A DNA stretch of 64,000 nt, taken from assembly GCF_964204645.1 (NCBI RefSeq), contig NC_134033.1, forward strand, positions 9,432,655 through 9,496,654, given 5' to 3'. Positions 44,970 to 58,075 of this stretch are shown here, in pieces. Under the pieces are notes generated by a model. The model searched no databases, was not told the DNA's origin, and worked only from the letters and a program-made list of their open reading frames with translations. The first letter of the stretch is position 1. The number at the start of each line of letters is the position of its first letter. The DNA comes from Tubulanus polymorphus (taxonomy: Eukaryota; Animalia; Nemertea). The position numbers were made by a program, and so were the translations under genes.

Positions 44970-47900
44970 TTAACACGTTAGAATTCTTTTCATTATCTCG
45001 TTCTCTTTTGTTTCTTCTCTTTTAAATTTTAAGTATTCATCTAAATTGCAACCATATGCTACTGTATGAATTCCATCATCTAAAATATATCTTTTATCAT
45101 CAAATGGGTTTAGACTTATCTTTTCAATTTCTTCAATAAACATTTCATGATCTTCAGATCTTAAACATCTCATCTTATGTTTTCTTAACTTCTTCATTGA
45201 ATATACAATTGATGTAATCTTTGAAATGAATATTCTTTTCTACTACACTTTTGGTTATTCCTTTTAACTTTTTAGATTCATGTTCTTTAGTTTTATATGA
45301 ATACATTTTAGATCTAATACCAACGAATTCAATCATTTCTTCACCACCTAATTCATCTTTGAATTTACCGGGAACTTTTTTATTATCATTGCTAAACAAT
45401 TCATGATCTTTAGGATAATTACTGAAATCGAAATGATGTTTTAATGTTTTTAAATCATCAGTTATGTTATCAGTTTTTATCTTTAATATGTAACTGTCAG
45501 TATCAAAATATAATATTTCTATATGCTTTTCTCCAAAAAGTGGTTGTAATACATTATAATAGAATTCATACATTAGTAATTTTGATAATTCTAAAACTGA
45601 TGCTCCAACATAGATTGGTTTATTAAATTTCATAGAAGTTCTTCTCATCTTAACTGCGGCTAAATTTTCATCAAATATTCTGTTACCAATGAAATTAGGA
45701 TATGTTGTAAATGTCTAATTCTTTTACCATTACTAACTAACTCAATATCATTTCTATTTCTAATATTTTCACAAGTCTTACCATAGAATGCATTATTCAT
45801 TAACTTGAAGAAATTTTTCTCGAAATCAGTTTTAGCTTCAGTTCTCTGTTTGGTGTTAAAATCTATATATTTTTCTAACCACTTAGATTGACTAAATGAA
45901 ATATATCTATGTACTTTTTTAGAATCATTCCTTGATTCAAATAAAACTTTAACATTCTATAATGTACTACATAATTATATTTATCTTCTTGAGTTACCAT
46001 TAACTTTTCTGTATGATTATGATTTTCGGGTTTAATTCTTTTTTGATAATTTGATAATTCTTCATGTGTTACAGTTTTATGTTCGGGACAGAATGCTAGA
46101 TTTCTAGATTTAAATTTAATATGTTCAGGATATTCTAAATCTACAACAAAGAAGTAACCAGTATCTGAATCATCTGCAATATCTAGAATTCTTTTCTTCC
46201 AATCAAATTTATCATTATTTTCATTCTGTAAAACTTCACTTATTTCAAATACTCCATAAGGTTGTGGTTCCATCATTGCCCAACCATATAAATTATTTGC
46301 ATCTATATATAATAACTTATATCCAGGGTTATCATTTACATTGAAATATCTATCACATAATACACCTGAAACTCCTCCTGTTATAGATTTTTCAAATAAT
46401 AGTAATTGATCTATATTTGTTAACAAATCCATTTTTATATCTGTAAATTTTAATCCACAATCCCATGTTAATCCTGGACTTGAATAACAATGACAAGGAT
46501 CAATGTTAAAATATTTTAGGTTTACATCTCTAAACCTTTCGAATATATCGGTTAATAATAATACATCTGATTTTAAATATATATCTACTAATTGCCCATG
46601 ATTTTCTATTTTGAAATGATTCCAAATATTCAATGTTCTATTATATACTTCATCTTTAACATATTCATTTTTTAATTCATCATAAAATTGTTCTTTTAAT
46701 AATTCAGTTATATTGAAATCATTATGTGATTTATAAAATGAATATGGAATTGCTCCTTTATATCTCATTAATTGAAAATCATCATTATTTGGGTAATATT
46801 CTTTTAATATCTTTAATTCATCATCAACTAATGACTTTGATAAGTTATCTAATGAACTATTTAAAAATCTATATGAATCTATAAATCTTAGGCAACCTAA
46901 TTGGAATGATATATAATTCTCAGATGTTTTAGCTAACATTCTAAATTTATAAGTTGGTATTTTATCTTTTGATCTATTTGAATTTAATCTTTCTATTTCA
47001 TTATTGATTTCTTCTATTTTATGGCATAACTGTTTGATGAATAAATGTGCATCATATCCTGATAGATTATGAAATATTACTGGTACAAAGTTAATTTTCT
47101 TAGCTTGTAAGTTACAATTCTCATGCGCAGCGCCTCTAAACTTTCCGTTCAAATGATCATGGTCTCTTACTTTTTTATCTTTAAAATTAAATATCTTTTC
47201 ACAATAATAACATTTATCTGCAAACTCAAATGCTTCTTTATCTTCTTCTGTCATTATAATTTCTATATTTGTATTCAATAATTTACTAAATCTTATTTTA
47301 TATTCAATTAATAAGTCACAAAAATGATTGATAACATTTTCATTTCTATAATGATATTCACTTTTAATTAGTTCTGGATAATCAGATTTAATATATAACC
47401 CGAAAGCAGCAGCTGATTGATGAATCTTTTTAATAGTATTTGTTTTTGGTGGTTCTTCTGAAAAATCATTTTCATTAGAGTTTAATTTCTTTCTTTAATA
47501 ATATATTTCTTATCTATCTTGATCAGTTAATTCTTTATTCAATGATTCAAAATCTCCATATATAACAAATGGTACTTTATTTTTGTAATCATATTTTTTG
47601 AATTCTAATATTTTATCTTTTTCATTTGGTAAAACTAATTTACAATAATCATGATTTTCACATAATTGTTTATGATTTAATAATGTACTTTCATTACTGA
47701 ATCTATGTAAACATTTTCTACATAGATATATATTATGGTGATCATTTTCTGATTTAAAAAATAAATCGATTTGTTTAATCCACATATAATGATTCTCATA
47801 ATATAGTATATCTATAACATCATTTGAATCATAATCTTTTGATAGATATAAAGGTTCTAATGTATAATGTTTTATATTGTTACCTTTTGTATTTGGTAAT

Positions 47901-48801
47901 TTGATTAAATCAAATACATTTATTCTTAAATTATTATCTCTTTCTATCTTTGGGATGTTTTTAATTCTAACAGGATACTTATCTATCTTATAATTATTTT
48001 CAAATGGTTTATAATTCATTATATTTTGTGTTATAAACATGTAAAGTCATAAATATTATTTCATCAAATATTAAACCAGACCCTTCAAAATATTTCTCTT
48101 CTTTTTTAGTTTTTACTTAATTATAACATTTATCTAATTTATCATCTATATGTTGTTTTGAAATAATATGTTGTGAATGAGAATTTATATTAATATATTG
48201 GTTTATCTTCAGATTTTATGAATTTAACTTTTGATGAAATACTTATTTTAGGATATTCAACATCATTATTATTTTTATTATTTCTTTCATATTTTCTAAA
48301 TGTTTTTTATTTTCGTCTAATGTTTTTCCTTTATGAAATTTAAACTCGATAGCTGCCGGGCCAATATCACTTTTAAATGCTTCGGTTATCTCTATATCTT
48401 TTTTATTATCCAATAAATTAATATATTTTCTTACATCTTCCATGTATGGTCTTTTATTGTTTAATTTATTTTTTATGCTTTTAATTGTCTTCTGTTTCTT
48501 ATCATTATCTTTATCAAAATAATCTTCACCTAAAATATCATTATTCATATTTCTAATATGACTTTTAGATTTTAAATGTTCATTATAATATCTTTTATCA
48601 CTGAATGATTGATTACATGTATCACATTCGTATGTTTCTTTCTCATTCTTTAATTCATCTAATTTAGTTTCTAATATATCATCTTCATATTCTAATTTCA
48701 ATTTATTCTCTTAAATGTGTTTTAGTTTTATTGTGTCTTGCTTTTTGGGATTTATCTATATTGATATTACATGTTGGACAGTAGTACTTATTTGCTTCCA
48801 T
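44970..48801 (-). pseudogene. polB: pPolB with multiple frameshifts and an internal deletion (copy D); intein-free allele
   Basis: Fragments align with copy C; contiguous YFDTDS. Confidence 0.92.
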
Positions 48802-49006
48802 TTTAATATCAATTTTTTTTTTAAATTGACTTTAGAAGTTCAATGATTTATATCATGTATCATTTCAATCACACTTTACTAACACTTTTAATGTTTAAAA
48901 ATCTAACTCACACAAATATGAATATTGAAATAATGTTGTAAATATATACTTTTATATTGAATAATCTGTCAATTAAAATGTTATTCATTTACATGATTAT
49001 TTTAAG

Positions 49007-49410
49007 AGTAATAGGGGTAATGGGCTTTCGGGTTAAAGGTTGAATGGTCGAGTTCATTAATAACAAATATTAAAAGTAATTTAAAACTATAATATATTTG
49101 CATAACCGTGTGTATTTCAGTTTAATAATAGAATAATTATTATTATTAAAATATATTTGATTATATGAATTTGTGTATTGTAAATAAATCAATTGGTCGC
49201 GGAGCGGAGCGGTAGCGAAGTGGAGCGACCAATTGATTTAATACAATATGCTTTTTAAATAATTGATATCTTAGAATAAATATTTAGTTATAATATAAAA
49301 TACACACGGTTTTGAAAATATATTATAGTTTTAAATTACTTTTAATGTTTTGTTTTTTAATGAGCTCGACCGTTCGACCTTTGATCTGAAAGCCCATTAC
49401 CCCTATAACT
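49007..49410. repeat. Right terminal fold-back of copy D (404 bp, same subtype as copy B)
   Basis: AGTAATAGGGGTAATGGGCTTTC...GAAAGCCCATTACCCCTATAACT. Confidence 0.92.
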
Positions 49411-49822
49411 CTTATCAACTTTGAATAACTGGAGTATATCAGTCTACCAGTCGAGGATAACTTTAGCATTTTTACAAAAAAATAGTTTTTCATTGTTTTA
49501 TTAAATGAATGGCATTTCCTATAGCTTAATTTGGGTTCATGTGTTAGAAATAAAGATAATTTTGATCATACATGTATTATAGAATTCCTGTTTTAATGTT
49601 TTATTATTTGTTCACACTGACCAAAATTCAGTCCTTTTTGATACATTTTTTCTTGTTTAAGTTTTCAATGAAATGAATTTTTGCATGCCGGTAGCCTACA
49701 CGTGACAGATTTTTTACTTCCTTTATTTATTCATGTCAGTAATTAGAAGATGGCGTTTTCAGATCAGAGGACGAGAGGACGAGACACCACTCATCACCAC
49801 AAGTAATTTTTTTTCCTAATAA

Positions 49823-52800
49823 ATGGGGGAGAATGAACACCAACTAGAAAACAATAATATCAATAAAAATCAATATTATTGTCAATATTGTAAAAAATAC
49901 ATCGATACATCTAATAAAACACGACATGAAAAAACTGCAAATCATATAAAAAATGTTATAGATTTTGAAACTCCAGAAAATTCCAATGAAAGAAAAGAAC
50001 GATTAGAAAATATGAATGTGGATGAAATAAAATGTGAAGTTTGTAATGAATTTATAGTAAAAAGGAATTATAGTAGACATCTCGAATCACAAAAACATTA
50101 TAAAAATTTAAATAAAAATGTTTTTGGATTAGAATATTTTGATAATAAACCTCAAAAAGTAAAAGAATCAACTTCAAAAACTAAATCCATTTCAAATAAA
50201 CCTTACATGGAAAATGTTAGAAATTATATTGATTCACTAGAAATAAAAGATACAATTGAAATCTTAGAAACATTACATAGTAAAATTGGTCCTGCAGCTA
50301 TTATATTTAGATTCTTTAAAGGTACAACAATAGAAGATTATAGTAAATTTAATGAAATAATAGAAAAAATACTAGATTTGATAACAGATGTTGAATATCC
50401 AAAAATTAGTATCTCTGGGAAAGTAAGTTTTATGAAGTCAGAAGAAAAAATGAATTATAATATTCAAACACTCTCTGAAGAAATAATTTCAAAAACACAA
50501 ATAAAAGAGAAGTTAGAAAAAATATTAAATGAATTTAAACGTCATATTGAAGAAAGATATTTTGAGGGTTCTGGTTTAACATTGAATGAAATTATATATT
50601 TAGATTTAAATGTTTATAATACAAAAAGAAATAAAACATCAAAAAGTAATAAAATGTTTAAAAATAATTCAAACTTTATAATAGAAAAAGATATGAAAGC
50701 ATCAAGTTATATTAAATTACCATTTTTATCAAAAGCAGTAATAAATATTCAAAATGAAGATAATAAATGTTTTCTATGGTCAATTATTAGTTGCTTACAT
50801 CCATCACAGGAAAATGCTTGTAGAATAACAGATTATCGGAAATATGAAACATTATATAAAATTGATCAATATCCAGTAACTATAAAAATGATACCCAAAA
50901 TAGAAAAAATTAATAATTTAAAAATAAATGTATTCGAATTAATGCAATTACCAAAGACAAAAGGTGAAAATATTAAAGATTATACATTGGAAGCTTTATA
51001 TTTAACAGAATATTATGATGATGAAAATGCTATAGATTTGTTATATTACAAAAAAGATGAAAATGAACATTATATGTGGTTAAAACAAATTGATTTATTC
51101 TTTAGAACAGAAAGTGATTTTAACAACCATAAAAATTTATCTATGTAGAAAATGTTTATCTAAATTTAGAACTGAGAATGCGTTACTAAAACATAAAGAA
51201 TTATGTGATAATAAAGATTTTTGTAAATTAATAATGCCAACAGAAAAAGATTATAAATTGAAATTTACTAATCATAAATTTAAAAATATTGTTCCATTTG
51301 TAATTTATGGGGATTTTGAATCGTTGAATAAAGAATTAACTGATCAAGATAGAAAAGAAATATATAACAAAAAGCAATTATTAAAATCAATGGATAAAGG
51401 AAATGAATTAAATGAAGACGCAACACAAGACCCACCAATTATAAATACAATTAAAAAAGTTCATCAAAGAGCTGCTGCTAATGGAATTTACATCAAATCA
51501 AATTATCCCGAATTATATGAAAGTCAATATATTTCTTTTAGAGGTGAAAATGTAGTTAATGATTTTTGTGATAAAATGATTGAATTAGAAAGTGATTTTA
51601 CAAAATTATTAAACAAAAATAAAAGAATAGTTATGACAAAAGAAGATGAAATTGATTTTAATTATGCAACTCATTGTTGTTATTGTGAAAAACGTTTTTA
51701 TTCATTTGATAAAAAAGTTAGAGATCATGATCATTTAAATTCAAAATATCGTGGAGCTGCTCATGAAGATTGCAATTTACAAGCTAAGAAAGTTAATTTC
51801 GTACCAATATTATTTCACAATTTATCGGGTTATGATACCCATCTATTTATAAAACAATTATCAAAGAAATTGGGTACAATTAATCAAGAAATAGAAGAAT
51901 ATAATGCTATGAATGGTGTAAATGTAAGAAAATATGATTTTAAACTATTAGCTAAAACATCTGAAAATTATATTTCATTACAATTTGGTTGCATTAGATT
52001 TTTAGATTCTTATAGATTTCTAGCAAGTTCATTAGATAATTTATCAAAAAGTTTAGTTGATAATGATTTTGTTATAACTCGATATTATTATCCAAATGAC
52101 CAAGATTTTAAATTATTGAGATATAAAGGCGCAATTCCTTATTCATTTTATAAAACACACAATGATTTTAATGTAACAGAATTATTAAAAGATCAATTTT
52201 ATGATCAATTAAAAGAGGAGTATGTGAAAGATGAAGTGTTTAATAGAACATTAAATATTTGGAACCATTTTAAGATGAAAAATCATGGTGAATTAGTTGA
52301 TTTATATTTAAAATCAGATGTTATGATATTGGCTGACATATTTGAAAAATTTAGAGAAGTTAATTTAAATCATTTTAATGTTGATCCTTGTTATTGTTAT
52401 TCAAGTCCTGGTTTAACCTGGCAATGTGGTTTAAAATATACAAATGTAGAATTAGATTTATTAAAAGAACCAGATATGGTTTTATTATTTGAAAAATCAA
52501 TTAGAGGTGGAATTAGTGGTGTTATGGGAGATAGATATTTTAAAGCAAATGATGAATATAAATTATTATATATTGACGCCAATAATTTATATGGTTGGGC
52601 AATGATGCAACCTCAACCATAATAAAATTTTATATTAACAGAAGTTGAAAATGATGATAAAACTGATTGGGAAAGCGCAATTGCGAGTTTAAAAGATGAA
52701 GCACCAATTGGTTATTTCTTTGTAGTTGATTTAGAATATCCTGAAAAAATAAAGTTTATAACAAGAAACTTACCTTATTGCCAAGAACATTTAACTGTAG

Positions 52801-54890
52801 ATGATAGTTATTTAAGTGAATACCAGAAGAAAATAAAACCGAAAGATCATGTTTTTACAGAAAAATTAATACTTACTCAAAATAATAAATACAATTATAT
52901 TGTTCATTATAGAATGTTAAAATTTTATCTAAAACAAGGAATGAAATTAAAGAAAGTACATAGATATATTGAATTTAATCAATCGAAGTGGTTAGAAAAA
53001 TATATAGATTTCAATACTCAACAGAGAACCATATCAAAAACAGATTTTGAAAAAGATTTCTTTAAATTAATGAATAATAGTTTTTATGGTAAAACATGTG
53101 AAAATATTAGAAATAGAAATGATATTGAATTAGTAAATAATTCTGAAAGATTAAGACATTTACAATCAAGTCCTAGACATTTAGGAAATAAAAGGTTTGA
53201 AGATTATTTAACCGCGGTAAAATTAAAAAGAACGTCCATGAAATTTAATAAACCAATATTTATAGGTTCAACCGTTTTAGAAATTTCAAAGCTATTGATG
53301 TATGAATTCTATTATAATGTTTTACAACCACTTTTTGGGGAAAAACATATAGAAATATTATATTTTGATTCTGTAACGGCTGACACCCCAATATTATTAA
53401 AATGTAATAATAAAATATTGGTAAGAAGAATTTCAGAAATAATTCCAAAACAAAATGAATGTTATATTTCATATGGAGAAAAAGAATTAATACAAATAAA
53501 TGGTTTAATGGATGTTTGGACAAGAAATGGATGGAAAAAATTAAAGAATATTATTAGACATAAAACAAATAAGAAAATCTATAGAGTTAGAACTAAATTA
53601 GGATTTGTTGATATTACTGAAGACCATAGTTTGATTAAACAAAATGGTAATGAAATAAAACCAACTGATATAAAAATTGGAGATGAATTATTACATAAAA
53701 GATTTTTCCCAAGAATGAATCATATGTCATTTGATGAAATAATTAATAATATTTATAATATAGAACCCGAAACATTGGAAGAAAAAGAATATTTTATCAA
53801 AGGATTTTTCATGGGTGATGGTTCAGCAGGTGTGTATAAATATGTTTGGGGTAATAAATATTGTTGGTATTTATGCAATCAAGACTTAAAATTATTAGAA
53901 AGAATTAAGAAATTCTGTGAAGAAGTTTATTCACATAAAACATTTAGAATCATGGACCATATGAAATCATCCGCGGTTTATAGAATATTTGTAAATAATC
54001 CTAAAGATTTTGCTACAAAATATAATGATGAATTCTATATTCATGCAATAGTGAAAAGTAATACTTCAACAAAAGAAAAGATAGTTCCAGATTATGTATT
54101 GAATGCAAAAAATAATTTAAGAAAGTGGTTCTTCATTGGATTCTATGCCGCAGATGGTTCAAAAAGGTTCCAAAACCGCAAAACAATATCCTTTGCTCAA
54201 AAAGGAAAAGTTGCTATATCAGGATTGAATATATTATGCAGTTCATTAGGATTTAATATGAATATAGAATTAATTAAATCTAAACCAAATTGTTTTAATT
54301 TAAGGCATGTAGCAAAAGAATTAACAGAAGAAGTTAAAGATTTATTTGAAATATATAACCCAACTGACTATGTTTATGATTTATCAACAGATGATGGAAC
54401 ATTCAATTCTGGGTTCCCATTAATCCAAAAAAATACTGACAGTTACATACTAAAAATCAAGACAAATGATATAACAAAAGACTTAAAAACATTAAAACAT
54501 TATTTTGATTTTAGCAATTACCCCAAAGATCATGAATTGTTTAGCAATGATAATAAAAAGATTCCTGGTAAATTTAAAGATGAATTAGGAGGTGATGAAA
54601 TGATTGAATTTGTTGGGATAAGAAGTAAAATGTATAGTTACAGAACAAAAGATCATGAAGCTAAAAAGTTAAAAGGAATAACAAAACATGTGGTTGATAA
54701 ACATATAGAATTTCAAGATTATATAAAGTGTTTATATAAATCAATTGTAATGAAACACAAAATGAATTGTTTAAGATCAGAAGATCATGAGATGTACATT
54801 AATGAAGTTGAAAAAACTAGTTTAAATCCATTTGATGATAAAAGGCATATTTTAGATGATGGTATAAAAACATTACCTTATGGCCATTAA
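49823..54890 (+). pseudogene. polB: Divergent pPolB containing an intein; frameshift near 51130 and stop at 52620
   Basis: All exonuclease and polymerase motifs present across ORFs 49823..51148, 51090..52622 and 52914..54890. Confidence 0.93.
53370..54434 (+). mobile_element. Intein (355 aa) with LAGLIDADG homing endonuclease, inserted in pol motif C (YFD|TDS)
   Basis: Block A SVTADTPILL; block B DITEDHSL; LAGLIDADG FIKGFFMGDG and FFIGFYAADG; block F VYDLST; ends QKN with +1 Thr; absent from copies C and D. Confidence 0.95.
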
Positions 54891-56203
54891 AACATAAAAT
54901 CAATATCATCATACTCGAAATCACTATTAGCTTCTTCATTTTCATTTAATTGTTCAGGTTCTTCTTCCATTCCATTTTTCTCATTTAAATAAATTTCTAT
55001 CTTGTTCCACATTTCATCTCGCTCTCTTTGTTTCTTTTTATTTGTTAATTCATCAAATGGAATTATAATATCTAGGTTTAAATAATTTACAATCTTATTT
55101 AAAAAGAATTCATAATTTATTGAATCTGTTATTCTATTTTCCAAATGATACATTAATATTTGTTTAAATATTTTTTTTATATTTTCCATATCTTCTTCTG
55201 TTAATTTAGGTTTTTCATAATAATCGTTAAATAATAAATATAAATACATTTTCTTTTGTTTTGTGTTAAATGTTGGTGGAATAATTGTTTTTATAATATC
55301 TTTTTTAGTTATTTCACCATTTTCATTTTCTATTATTTTCATTTTTTCAAGCCATTGCATATATTCTGGTGTATGATCTTCTATAGAAAATATTTTAACA
55401 ATTTCATCTAGATAATTTAATTTTGGTTCTATGAGAAAATCTCTAGTTTTTTCTTCACCCCATAAATTTTTTTGCCATCCACAATCAACACAAAATAACA
55501 CAGTACCTTCTTGCCTTAAGGTCGCATAAATACATTGTGGGCATTTTTGTTTATAATTTACTGGTAATAGATCTTCATTAAGCTCTTGGTATTTTCTTAC
55601 GTTTTCTTTATGTTTTATTGTTCTATTATGTAGATTTGAATTACTTGTTGTAATAATCAATTTACAATATTTACAATAATATGTTTTTCTTGTTAATTCA
55701 TTATATTGTTTTTCTAACTTTTCAACTGTTTCTTCATTATCTGGTAACGTTTTCTCATATTTTATTTTTTCTAATAAATTATTTTTTCTTTCATTAAATT
55801 CAGTTTCAAATTTATTAGAAATTTTATCTATATGTACTTTACGAAATTGATGATTCTCCCAATCTTCTATATTTTCAGGCTTATATTTTATTCGACAAGG
55901 CTCACAGAAATAATCTTTTATATTATCCTTATCATAGAATAAGAAAGGTCTTTTCCAAATAATTTCAGGTTCAACTTCAACAGAATTATTATTACTTTCG
56001 TTACTGTCAACATTAACTATTAAGTTATTATTTTTACACTTCTCTAAATGTTTTTAGAAATAATTTCTAGAGAATGTTTTATTACAATTTGGACAGTTTA
56101 TTTTAGGGGGTTTATAATTTTCATCATGTTTTTTCATATGTCGAGCCATATTACTTTTTCTTAGAAGTTCACCACAAATTTCACATGCTATCTTCTCATT
56201 CAT
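54887..56203 (-). CDS. Four C2H2-type zinc fingers fused to a poxvirus A2L/VLTF-3-like late transcription factor domain (~438 codons, one in-frame TAA at 56054-56056)
   Basis: ATG at 56203 (TAATAAATG) is in frame with ORF 54887..55660; CPQC-x13-CVDC zinc ribbon; SINYEFFLNKI...DEMWNKI. Confidence 0.75.
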
Positions 56204-56271
56204 TTATTAAGGAAAAATTTTATTAAAAATAATTTTTAGTGATGAGCGGTAATTTTTTTATGTTATAAATA

Positions 56272-57036
56272 ATGGTAGAATTAAAAGAATACAGAATATT
56301 TGTTGATTCTAGAAAACTTACAAATTATAAATCACATAATTTATTAGTACAATTAGATAGAGAATTCAAGAATTGTGTTGATTTAAAATTAGTAAATATA
56401 AGTTTATGTAACTCATTTTATAATATAACAGCTAAAAGTCTTGAACATTTATTTTTTTCAATCAAGAGTAAGGATAAATAGAATTATCTATTTTTAAAAC
56501 CAGTATTATATAATTTAAATACATTAGCGCAGGAAATTAATAAAAAAGCTCGGATGAAATTAGGTAGTGATGCTGAATTTAACATTAGATTTTTGAAAAG
56601 TGATAATTCTAATAAAATGAAGATAAGGTTAGCTCATAATGAAAAATATCAATTTTCAGTTAAAAAACCTATAGCTAAACTATTAGGAATTACACCAGAT
56701 AAATATTATTCAAATGTTGATACTACACCAAATATAATACCTTTTACACATTTTTATATTTATTGCAATTTAATCGATCCTACAAAAACATTCGAAGCAA
56801 CTAAAGATATAACTTGTAATTCTGGTTTACTAAACATTTTACCATTGAAGAATGTTAAAGAATTTGGAACACAAATAAATTATAATTTAGCTGAATGTGA
56901 TTTCAAACCTTGTATTCCTCAATTTAATAATTTTAAATTAGAAATAAGAAATCATAATGGATACTTAATTGATTTGAATAACTTTCCTGTAATTTATGAA
57001 TTAGTTATAAGAGTAATTTTTTCACTATATAAATGA
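56272..57036 (+). pseudogene. Minor capsid (penton) with an in-frame stop at 56479 (copy E)
   Basis: ORFs 56272..56481 and 56554..57036 share a frame. Confidence 0.82.
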
Positions 57037-57389
57037 ATATAACTGTTGGACCGAGTATATGTTTTGGATTTGATTTTAAACGTGAGAAAGAAATGAAATT
57101 TAACATTAATGATGTAATAACACATATCAAAAATACTGCATTTTCTAATGAAACAACATTTGAGTATGAAACAACAATAGATAAAGAAACTTTAAATGTA
57201 GAAAAGATTACTAATTTAATTAGAGAATCTTTAAGATTTTATGAATTAGATGAAGATTTTATAATCGATGATATTAAAAAAATAATAATTGAAATATATA
57301 CAAATGAAACTAGTAATAAAATAAATGTTGAATTAATCATAAATAAGTTAACTAAATATTTTGATGATAGTAATTTTTTTGATAAATAA
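57033..57389 (+). CDS. 118-aa hypothetical protein (copy E)
   Basis: Near-identical to 35359..35715. Confidence 0.75.
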   Translation: MNITVGPSICFGFDFKREKEMKFNINDVITHIKNTAFSNETTFEYETTIDKETLNVEKITNLIRESLRFYELDEDFIIDDIKKIIIEIYTNETSNKINVELIINKLTKYFDDSNFFDK

Positions 57390-57610
57390 ATGAGTGATAA
57401 TAAGTGGATAATAACTGGATTATATAATGGCGCATTACTATCAGTTGGAACTGTTGGTTATTCAATGGTATTAAAAAAGTATTCAAAATGGGAAGTGTTA
57501 ATGTTGATAGATTTGATATCAATGATATTCTAAAATTAACATTAGCAGTTACTTTATCTAATTTAACTATTGATTATTTAGAAAAACAAAAATATATTCC
57601 TCCCATATAA
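57390..57610 (+). pseudogene. 73-aa hydrophobic protein with a 1-nt frameshift in an A-run (copy E)
   Basis: ATGAGTGATAATAAGTGG start; aligns with 35137..35358. Confidence 0.75.
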
Positions 57611-57634
57611 ATGCATAATTTTTTTGCTAAATAA

Positions 57635-58057
57635 ATGGCTTCTGCAATTATAACTATTATAGGATCGGCAATTGTTAACGCTTTAGCATTTACTGGTGGT
57701 GGTTATTTATTTAAACATATTGATAAAAATAGTTCATTAGGAGAACAAAGAAGACATAACTTAGCGTTAGAGAAATACAATAAAGCTGCAGAAGAATATA
57801 GAGAAAAGAGGCAAAACTATATGGATTACATCAATAAAGAATTATATGATCAGAAGATTTCACATAGAGATTTTCAATCAGTTGATGATGCAATGAGTTT
57901 ATATAACGCGGTAACCAATAAAGAAAAATTACATCTATACAAACCTAACTTATCAGATTATTATACCCCAAGTAAAGAACAACAGAAATATGAAATAATA
58001 TGGATTTTAGGTGGAACTGTTATTGTTATATTTGTTGCTTATAAGTTTACTAATTAG
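57635..58057 (+). CDS. 140-aa membrane-associated protein (copy E)
   Basis: Near-identical to copy C. Confidence 0.8.
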   Translation: MASAIITIIGSAIVNALAFTGGGYLFKHIDKNSSLGEQRRHNLALEKYNKAAEEYREKRQNYMDYINKELYDQKISHRDFQSVDDAMSLYNAVTNKEKLHLYKPNLSDYYTPSKEQQKYEIIWILGGTVIVIFVAYKFTN

Positions 58058-58075
58058 TAATTTTTTGTTAAATAA

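Larger units (their letters stand above)
41795..49410. mobile_element. Polinton copy D, right half, decayed
   Basis: Structural genes, penton and polB with many frameshifts; right terminus ...CCCCTATAACT at 49410. Confidence 0.92.

Noticed and set aside
11745-49410. B and D as the two halves of one element split by the insertion of C
   Set aside because: They overlap by ~225 bp in the same gene with about nine differences, their subterminal arms differ, and the flanks (CACCTG versus CTTATC) are not a TSD. They are two copies of one subtype.
49411-49790. A left TIR for copy E
   Set aside because: No AGTAATAGGG terminus or fold-back is visible, and the other end lies outside the window, so it cannot be tested.
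51090-52622. Programmed frameshift or readthrough in E polB and other split genes
   Set aside because: Breaks fall at different positions in different copies, often in homopolymer runs or as single-base stops, and other copies are open. Decay or sequencing error is the simpler explanation.
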